In this document: piece after piece, positions 57,878 through 64,000 of the stretch | Position numbering within the stretch: position 1 is the stretch's first letter | Layout: every line of letters starts with the position of its first letter | Virus record (IMG/VR): IMGVR_UViG_3300025809_000009 | DNA from: an uncultured virus (IMG/VR IMGVR_UViG_3300025809_000009) | Taxonomy: Duplodnaviria > Heunggongvirae > Uroviricota > Caudoviricetes | Reading direction: 5' to 3' (one strand) | Length of the DNA: 64,000 nt | Translations under genes and position numbers: made by a program | Notes under the pieces: generated by a model | What the model saw: only the letters and a program-made list of their open reading frames with translations | Told to the model about the DNA's origin: nothing | Databases searched by the model: none

Positions 57878-58864
57878 CTATCCTACTCCATGCAATTTCA
57901 TTAAATCTTCCATATTTAAAGTTCCGCCCTTCTTTTTGGCTTCTTCGTGAAGACTTACCCCTCCCTTAGGCTTGTCCACCCCAAGATACTCATAATCCTC
58001 ATCCTTAGCTCCAACTAGAGTTCCAGCGCTACCTTGATTTAGTTTGTCTTTGGCTTTGTCTCGCTCTTCTTTTGAGGAGCCTCCAAAGTCTAACAGTTTC
58101 GCGGGATCTTTCCTTATATTATCTGGTATATTTTCATTATTATCAAATATATTTTTAAATACTCTAGTATAAACTATTAATCTTATTTGATTGTATGTTA
58201 AATTACAAAACGGTTTTCCATAAAATTGCATACTGTCTTCAGCAAAACTTAAATATGGATTATAAAAATCTTCTAATATAGTATATTGTATATTTTCTTC
58301 ATTAAAGCTCTTAAAGACATCGTTATAACGAGAAACTATTTTCTTTAAATCTTGATTCTCTAATTGATCAAATTCATCTTCACCAAATAAAGGAATCAAT
58401 AAATCTTTATCTTTATAAAAACTTTTAATCATATAAAAATCATTTAATCTATCTTTTGCATATTTCTCGCAAGTGTTTCCAACAAGAGACATCCTCTGAG
58501 CGAGTTTTTGATTCAGTGCGAGGGTTTCTTCTTCTATTGTTTTTTCTTGCTTGTCAATCTGGTTCTTGATCACCATTTTTGTTTTGGCGGTCTTTAAAGT
58601 TTCAAGAAAATACTCCTTATCCTCTATGAATTTTTCGTCCTTGTCTCCCCAGTCTCCCTCTTCTTTTAAAAAAGCAAGCATCTCTTCTTCTGTGGGCACG
58701 CCCCGACGAAGGGCTGCGTTAAAATATTTTTCCTCTATCTCTTCAAGCTCTACTTGGTCGTGCGGAGTCAAGTGCTTGATGTAAACAAAGTCCTCGTCAA
58801 GAATTGTGGAAGAGTAACCTCTAACTACATCCCTAAATATCTTTCTGCGCTTGACCGCTTCCAC
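57878..58864 (-). CDS. Putative tail assembly chaperone
   Basis: Charged helical protein immediately upstream of the tape measure gene; similar to 58870..59679. Confidence 0.5.
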   Translation of the reverse strand: MEAVKRRKIFRDVVRGYSSTILDEDFVYIKHLTPHDQVELEEIEEKYFNAALRRGVPTEEEMLAFLKEEGDWGDKDEKFIEDKEYFLETLKTAKTKMVIKNQIDKQEKTIEEETLALNQKLAQRMSLVGNTCEKYAKDRLNDFYMIKSFYKDKDLLIPLFGEDEFDQLENQDLKKIVSRYNDVFKSFNEENIQYTILEDFYNPYLSFAEDSMQFYGKPFCNLTYNQIRLIVYTRVFKNIFDNNENIPDNIRKDPAKLLDFGGSSKEERDKAKDKLNQGSAGTLVGAKDEDYEYLGVDKPKGGVSLHEEAKKKGGTLNMEDLMKLHGVG

Positions 58865-58869
58865 ATATA

Positions 58870-59679
58870 TTAAATACTACCGTCCTCGATATCTTTGTCT
58901 AGCTTTTCGAAATCTAGTTTCGAAACTGCGCCAGAACTGTAATACCAAAAGCTAAAAAATGCGGCAACCTTTCCTCCGACTATATCATAAAGATCGTTCC
59001 CCTCCTCCTCAAGCTCGTAATAAGTTTGAAGCTTTTGCTCAAAATCGCGACCCTCAAATAAAGGAGATATTTCCTCTTCGTCAGACTTCTGAACAAAAGT
59101 GAGATTTAAAATATACCATTGAATAACTTTATTCTCGGCTCTTACGTCAGCGGTGTGGTTGAAAAGGTTAGAATATGAAGTCTCGACATTAATAATATCT
59201 TTCCTTAAAAGAGCTATCTCTCCAGCGATTTCCTTTAATCGCGCTGTATCCTTTTCTGTTTTAACATTTTTTATCTGAATCTTTTCGCTTTCCTGGGAGA
59301 ATTCTCCATACCTTACGTACATTTTTGTCAGAGCTTTTGCGTCCTCTTCCGCAAGCAGTCCACCTGTATCGCTGTATTTTTTTGCGAGCATGGCTTTTGT
59401 TAAAATCCCTCGCTTTATACAATTACTCATTTCGACACTAAATTCCAATTCGGCATCTTCTATTTGCCTGCGAGTTGGCTGCTTCATTATGAGTCGATAA
59501 GGAATTGGCTCAACCACTTCCTTGGTTACAGAAACTTCTTCCTCTTCGCCGGTTTCTTCGTTCTTGACTTTGCTCGTCTCTGTTTTCTTGACCTTCTCTT
59601 CTTTTTCAAAAGTGAAGCTGTAAATTTCACGCAGTTTTTTGCGGGTATCGTTTATTGTTGGGGTTGCTGTGTCTGACAT
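58870..59679 (-). CDS. Putative tail assembly chaperone
   Basis: Acidic helical protein with MKQPTRRQ motif, in the canonical chaperone position. Confidence 0.5.
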   Translation of the reverse strand: MSDTATPTINDTRKKLREIYSFTFEKEEKVKKTETSKVKNEETGEEEEVSVTKEVVEPIPYRLIMKQPTRRQIEDAELEFSVEMSNCIKRGILTKAMLAKKYSDTGGLLAEEDAKALTKMYVRYGEFSQESEKIQIKNVKTEKDTARLKEIAGEIALLRKDIINVETSYSNLFNHTADVRAENKVIQWYILNLTFVQKSDEEEISPLFEGRDFEQKLQTYYELEEEGNDLYDIVGGKVAAFFSFWYYSSGAVSKLDFEKLDKDIEDGSI

Positions 59680-59688
59680 AATTTTATT

Positions 59689-59976
59689 TTATTTAAATGT
59701 AAAGCCTATGGTATAATTATCTAAATCCATTTCGATATTTCTAATAGTTTCATTGCCAATATCTAAAGTTCTTTTTCTTAGGTGATGCAACTTATCTAAA
59801 CTGAAGTAGTCAGCTTGATCCACAACTGGCACGCAACCCTCTGGCAAATTATTTCTTAATTTATTAAAATTAATTTGATGCTCCTTATGTAAATCCTCAA
59901 GCATAACGAGGAAACCCTTAAAAAGGGAAACCGTATTCCTGTGGCAACATTTTTTAAAAATGTCTTCTGCTTCCAT
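59689..59976 (-). CDS. Hypothetical protein (start probably ATG 59976, MEAED...)
   Basis: The upstream alternative start lies within the promoter motif; A-rich leader precedes ATG 59976. Confidence 0.6.
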   Translation of the reverse strand: MEAEDIFKKCCHRNTVSLFKGFLVMLEDLHKEHQINFNKLRNNLPEGCVPVVDQADYFSLDKLHHLRKRTLDIGNETIRNIEMDLDNYTIGFTFK

Positions 59977-60011
59977 ATGTATTATTGTTGTAGATCCTTG
60001 TACCTGTATCG

Positions 60012-60042
60012 ATATACACAAAAAAAAATCTTTAGTGTAAAA
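60012..60042. promoter_or_regulatory. Back-to-back late promoter motifs (GTGTATAT minus, GTGTAAAA plus)
   Basis: tacac 60015-60019 and gtgta 60035-60039 between divergent tail operons; plus-strand ATG 14 nt after the motif start. Confidence 0.65.
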
Positions 60043-60048
60043 GTATTC

Positions 60049-60507
60049 ATGGCAGAATTATTGACAGCGGCAGAAAGAGCAAGCGTGGCAGCGAACTTGT
60101 TAGATCTTCATGATACATTCGGAAGAGACATTGTTGTATATAAAGAAGCTCAAAAAGTTATAGTTAGCACAGACCCTAATTTTAATTATCTTTACGGAAC
60201 AGGCGGGGCCTCCACCACAAGCGTGGAGAATATTCCTGTAAAGAAAATATTTAAAGCTAGAATCAGGTACGACTCGGATAGAAGTTTGGAAAATTTCGGA
60301 GAGGCTGGAGCCCAAATAAAAGTAAGCCGACCAGACGGAGGTAGCTTAGTAAGGATTAAATTAAAAGCTGAAGACTATGCCTATATTAAAGAGGCAAAAA
60401 GAATCGAGCTTGACGGAAGAATGTTTCACGTAGATTCTGACCCAAGAGCTCACGGACTTTTTGATGTTATACAATTTTATTCACTGCTATTAAGACCCAT
60501 AGAGTAA
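60049..60507 (+). CDS. Putative head-closure/head-tail joining protein (start revised to ATG 60049)
   Basis: HDTFGRDIVVYK...FKARIRY...RIELDGRMFHV...YSLLLRP stopper-like beta pattern; upstream of the tube gene. Confidence 0.5.
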   Translation: MAELLTAAERASVAANLLDLHDTFGRDIVVYKEAQKVIVSTDPNFNYLYGTGGASTTSVENIPVKKIFKARIRYDSDRSLENFGEAGAQIKVSRPDGGSLVRIKLKAEDYAYIKEAKRIELDGRMFHVDSDPRAHGLFDVIQFYSLLLRPIE

Positions 60508-61130
60508 TGGCCAAGATGATAGACAAAGGAGTCAAGAGGGCATTAGATCTTGAAATTCGAAAAAACAAACAATTGATAAATGAAGGAAGATTAATAATTG
60601 AATCTCAATTCAAAGTGGCTCATGGAAAATTAATGCAAGATTTTGAATCCCACGCAATAACAAGAGAGCTAAAAAGAGGCCCCGCTTCTAAAAATTTAAG
60701 CGGAACTTTACCAGAAGGAAACTTATTTGGATTTATAGGTTTTGAAATTGGAGATGATCCAGTATATGAATTACAAAATCTTTTACAGCGCACAAATATA
60801 TTAATAAAAAGAAGAAAGTTTGGATCTTTTGGTTTTGTTTGGAGTTTTGCGGTAAATATACCAACATTAAAAGATCTTTATGCAGCCACCCCATTGCCTT
60901 GGGCAAAAGGAGCAAGCTGGCTACAGCAGCTAGAAGGTCAAGGCATAGCTAATTTAGGTCAATACATGCACGCAAAAAGCCCTCCAGCAGGACGATCAGG
61001 AGCGGGAATCCAATCCGGCAGGGAGTCGGGAGGCAGATTAAAAAAACAATATATAAAACCTTTATTGAAAGATTTTGAAACCAACTTAAACACCCTATCT
61101 GCAACAAGATTATCTAAATCTTATTTTTAA
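60507..61130 (+). CDS. Putative neck/tail-completion protein
   Basis: Basic protein between stopper-like and terminator-like genes; W..LE.G and YIKPLL motifs reminiscent of HK97 gp10. Confidence 0.35.
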   Translation: MAKMIDKGVKRALDLEIRKNKQLINEGRLIIESQFKVAHGKLMQDFESHAITRELKRGPASKNLSGTLPEGNLFGFIGFEIGDDPVYELQNLLQRTNILIKRRKFGSFGFVWSFAVNIPTLKDLYAATPLPWAKGASWLQQLEGQGIANLGQYMHAKSPPAGRSGAGIQSGRESGGRLKKQYIKPLLKDFETNLNTLSATRLSKSYF

Positions 61131-61982
61131 ATGAAGCCACAATTCCAACATCAAGTTACTACAAGTTTTGTCTTATGGGCTGACAATTTTATAACTAAAA
61201 AAGCGGACGCATTCTCAAGCAAGTCGTCTGATTTTTATGCAGACACCGGAGACGCGAGGCTTGGCCCCGGGTTGGTGTCTTACAATAGCCCCTACAAGCA
61301 ATGGGTTAGCGACGAAAGCATAGAGGGGGCGAACATACCTAGCGGCGTTTACGACAATGGAACATTCGTTCCAAGAGGGCAAGACGGATTAAAAATTGAT
61401 TTTGACAATGGGCGAGTGATATTCGATTCAAGTTTTGGAGCAAATAAAACTACATTAAGTGGAGATTATACAGTAAAAGATTTTAACTTTTATATAACAA
61501 ATCAAACAGAAGAGCAATTGATAGTTGAAAGTAAATTTGATTCAAATAGCAGATTCAAGCAGTCGCTAGGAGGAATTGAGCCTTATAAACAAGTCATACC
61601 TGCAATTTTTGTAAACTCGGAAATGGCAGAAAATGAACCGTTTGCATTCGGAGGAGAAGATAAAACCACCACAAGTATTCGTTGCGTTGTTTTTGCAGAA
61701 AATACATACCAACTTGATGGCGCTTTATCCGTTTTTGCTGATTCAAAAAATGAAGTCTTTGCTAAATTAGGTTTTGAAGATTTTCCGCTAACAGAATACG
61801 GAGACACTACAGGTTTTAATTATAAAGAGCTTGCAACATCAAAACGAGAAACTTTTTTTCATATAGAAGAGGCGAGAGTTTCAAAATTAAGCGACAGAAT
61901 AAGCAAAAATATAGACCCATCTCTTTTTGTAGGCTTTATAGATTTCGAAATAACCAACCTAAGGTATCCTCGCTTTTCTTAA
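61131..61982 (+). CDS. Putative tail terminator protein
   Basis: IPAIFV...EPFAFGG...IRCVVFAEN.YQLD; directly before the major tube gene. Confidence 0.45.
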   Translation: MKPQFQHQVTTSFVLWADNFITKKADAFSSKSSDFYADTGDARLGPGLVSYNSPYKQWVSDESIEGANIPSGVYDNGTFVPRGQDGLKIDFDNGRVIFDSSFGANKTTLSGDYTVKDFNFYITNQTEEQLIVESKFDSNSRFKQSLGGIEPYKQVIPAIFVNSEMAENEPFAFGGEDKTTTSIRCVVFAENTYQLDGALSVFADSKNEVFAKLGFEDFPLTEYGDTTGFNYKELATSKRETFFHIEEARVSKLSDRISKNIDPSLFVGFIDFEITNLRYPRFS

Positions 61983-62013
61983 AACTTCCCTTTTTTATAC
62001 AAAAAATGTAATA
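61981..62013 (+). promoter_or_regulatory. Putative bipartite promoter AAAACTTCCC-N17-GTAAT
   Basis: ttccc 61986-61990 and gtaat 62008-62012; same arrangement at 6175-6206. Confidence 0.45.
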
Positions 62014-62044
62014 GAAACAGAATCTAATCTTATTAATAAATATT

Positions 62045-63424
62045 ATGGCACAAAATTTACCAGGACGAGCAAGAGTAATTTACCAGAGTGAAGCATTATA
62101 TGCTGGGACGGTAAATGCTACAGGGCACCATTTTAGCGTTTCTAATGACGCTTGGTCAACAAAATCAGGAGTGGCGAAACTCGCAGACGTTCCAGCTGGC
62201 TACGAAGTCAGAACGGGAATCGAGCAGTTGCGCAGAGTACAAAATGCAAATTATAGTTTTAGCGTTAATCGGCAAGATGTTAATCAATTTGGACAGTTAG
62301 CTAGAATTGATTCTGTTTCCATTGAACCGCCGACAGTAACTCTTGATTTTTCTTACTACCTGACAAACGGCATTAACGAAAGAATTCTAGGAATGAATGT
62401 TGACGGAACTTCAAGCGCCTTAGCGGATGATATTATCGGAGGTACTGAGTGCGGACAAAACCTTAATGCAGATGGAAAAAACTTTTTTATATTAACTACC
62501 TGCGAAGGTCACGATGCAGTAGGCAATCAAGACATGGATGACGGCAAAAGCGTTATTGCATTAGGAAACGGTTATGTTTCGAACTATTCCATAGAAGCCT
62601 CTGTGGGAAGTATGCCAACCGCAAATGTTACTGTTGATGGATTAAATTTAAAGAGTTACGTTGGAAGCACAGGCTTAGACATTCCGGCAGTAAATTCTAA
62701 TTTTGGGATTCCAATTTCAGACATACATTTTAATATTCCTCCGGCAGTTAGCGGTGTTCTTAACGACAGTGCTGCAGGAGGTTTAGATACCGAAGAAGAA
62801 GGTTGGTCCTGCTTGCGTCCTGGAGACATAACAATGTCCCTAGGAACAGACGGAAGAGCTGCAGAGTTCGAGCTTCTTCCAGGGAACGATCCTCGAGGAG
62901 ATCTTGGTTATGGAAGAACAGCGGGCGGTTTTGATATCTCTACAGGTGCTGGCTACCAGGGCGTCAACGATAATCCAATGCATGATTATACCGTTGATGG
63001 CTCAGCTCACGTCCAAAGCTTTAGTATCGATGTTCCGATGTCAAGAACAGTTCTTAACAGACTTGGAACTCCTTATGGATACTCAAGAGTTGTTGATTAC
63101 CCTTTAAATATTTCTGTTAGCGTAAACGCTATTATGGCAGATCTTAAAGCTGGAAACGTAGCGGATCTCATCTGGAACACAGAGGAGCATGATCTAGTAT
63201 TCACTCTTAGAGAACCAAACCAATACGGAACAGGCTCTGTTGCGATGCAGTATATAGTTAAAGGCGCACTGCTAGAAGGAGAATCTTTCAGTTCCTCAAT
63301 TGGGGATAATAAATCAGTAGATTTAACATTTACTGCTCAAGTCGGCGGACCCGAAGATCTCGCAAGAGGTTTGAGGATACTCGGCTCAAGGAATGCTCTC
63401 ACCATCACTGGTAAATTCGCCTAA
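62045..63424 (+). CDS. Major tail tube protein with two tube subdomains
   Basis: RVQNANYSFSVNRQDVNQFG...PTVTLDFSY and HVQSFSIDVPMSRTVLNRLG...PLNISVSV; followed by a strong terminator. Confidence 0.75.
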   Translation: MAQNLPGRARVIYQSEALYAGTVNATGHHFSVSNDAWSTKSGVAKLADVPAGYEVRTGIEQLRRVQNANYSFSVNRQDVNQFGQLARIDSVSIEPPTVTLDFSYYLTNGINERILGMNVDGTSSALADDIIGGTECGQNLNADGKNFFILTTCEGHDAVGNQDMDDGKSVIALGNGYVSNYSIEASVGSMPTANVTVDGLNLKSYVGSTGLDIPAVNSNFGIPISDIHFNIPPAVSGVLNDSAAGGLDTEEEGWSCLRPGDITMSLGTDGRAAEFELLPGNDPRGDLGYGRTAGGFDISTGAGYQGVNDNPMHDYTVDGSAHVQSFSIDVPMSRTVLNRLGTPYGYSRVVDYPLNISVSVNAIMADLKAGNVADLIWNTEEHDLVFTLREPNQYGTGSVAMQYIVKGALLEGESFSSSIGDNKSVDLTFTAQVGGPEDLARGLRILGSRNALTITGKFA

Positions 63425-63444
63425 TTAATAATTAATTCTTTAAA

Positions 63445-63476
63445 GCCTGCCCCTTAAAAAAGGGGCGGGTTTTTTT
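63445..63476 (+). terminator. Rho-independent terminator of the tube gene
   Basis: GCCTGCCCCTT-AAAA-AAGGGGCGGGT followed by a T run. Confidence 0.92.
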
Positions 63477-63506
63477 GAATTTACTCATAAAGAGCATATT
63501 ATAATG

Positions 63507-63611
63507 TATCGATTCCTCTAGTCGATAAAAAGCGAGCATGAGCAGGCTACGCTTAGGGAATGGATGGTATGCTCCGAGGTTGTTCGCTCGTTAAAACGAA
63601 CGAACATTTTT
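63507..63611 (+). ncRNA. Candidate small structured RNA (or 18-aa peptide mRNA)
   Basis: Preceded by TTGAAT-N16-TATTAT (overlapping TATAAT); several stems; ends in a hairpin plus TTTTT. Confidence 0.4.
63581..63611 (+). terminator. Terminator-like hairpin closing the candidate RNA
   Basis: TGTTCG-C-TCGTT / AACGA-A-CGAACA followed by TTTTT. Confidence 0.65.
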
Positions 63612-63614
63612 AAT

Positions 63615-64000
63615 TTAAGCTCTGTAGAACTTTAAGCCTCCGCTAGCAGTAACTCCAAACGAAAAAGAAGAACTTACCGAAGCGTCTGCCCCGATTGCCT
63701 GGGAATAACTTTGTTGTTTTAGCTGGGCGTTTTCAATTTTAAAAGAATTTATATTGGTTATTCCTCCAGATCCGTCTCTTTCTGTGTGAGATATTATCAT
63801 ATCGTATCTTGATCCTTGCGTAAAAAAAGAGTCTATCTCTCCTGTATAAAATTCTCTAAGAGTCATATCCATAGATACGGACCCAATCACAGGAAACTTA
63901 AGTTTTCGGTCGAACACATAATTACTTCCAAAGCCATAAATATCCTGTCTAGGGATTGGAAGGTTTATGTTTATGTTTTGTATAGCAGCTTCCACATCGT
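63615..64000 (-). CDS. Tail-tube-fold paralogue, C-terminal part (5'-truncated)
   Basis: IQNININLPIPRQDIYGFGS...FPVIGSVSMD...IENAQLKQQSYSQAIG aligns with the second half of the tube protein; frame open to the window edge. Confidence 0.65.
   Translation of the reverse strand, partial: DVEAAIQNININLPIPRQDIYGFGSNYVFDRKLKFPVIGSVSMDMTLREFYTGEIDSFFTQGSRYDMIISHTERDGSGGITNINSFKIENAQLKQQSYSQAIGADASVSSSFSFGVTASGGLKFYRA

Noticed and set aside
58860..58900. Programmed -1 frameshift between the chaperone genes
   Set aside because: No X XXY YYZ heptamer near the junction, and the downstream frame is closed by TAG five codons before its GTG.
63507..63611. Pistol or hammerhead ribozyme
   Set aside because: The minus strand has CCCTAAGCG reminiscent of pistol but no upstream TTAGGG loop partner; no hammerhead core on either strand.
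1..64000. Stop-codon reassignment
   Set aside because: TAA, TAG (45840, 57878) and TGA (9540, 13258) all end full-length genes and coding density is high under code 11.
1..64000. tRNA, rRNA, intein, intron, integrase or transposase
   Set aside because: No such motifs recognised, and intergenic gaps are mostly too short; not excluded by a formal scan.

Overview
A gene-dense (standard code 11) 64-kb segment of a large tailed dsDNA phage with a long non-contractile (siphovirus-type) tail. No tRNA, rRNA, CRISPR array or transposon is evident. Left to right: the 3' part of a probable portal gene; fibre/decoration genes with recent tandem repeats, a J-domain protein and a glycosyltransferase trio (two DUF2827-like proteins plus a GT25-GT32-GT34 fusion); a leftward early operon (dNMP kinase, sigma factor, SSB, GT4); two divergent near-consensus sigma70 promoters at ~19.5 kb; a ~13-kb rightward glycan-biosynthesis/modification cluster; a lambda-like tail tip module (split J, I-J fusion, K, L, double-M, tube-like proteins, tape measure, chaperones); then neck genes and the major tail tube gene. 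Best candidates for new biology: (1) a two-tier phage glycosylation system, with late GTs beside virion proteins rich in Ser/Thr-Gly motifs and an early cluster including GT47, sulfotransferase and BcbE-like modules; (2) a tape measure protein punctuated by G[YH][IV]PN[FY] motifs that bracket a PD-(D/E)xK nuclease-like cargo; (3) a phage-specific GTGTAW late-promoter motif and leaderless early transcripts; (4) a candidate structured ncRNA after the tail tube gene. All family assignments come from motif recognition by eye, not from database searches.
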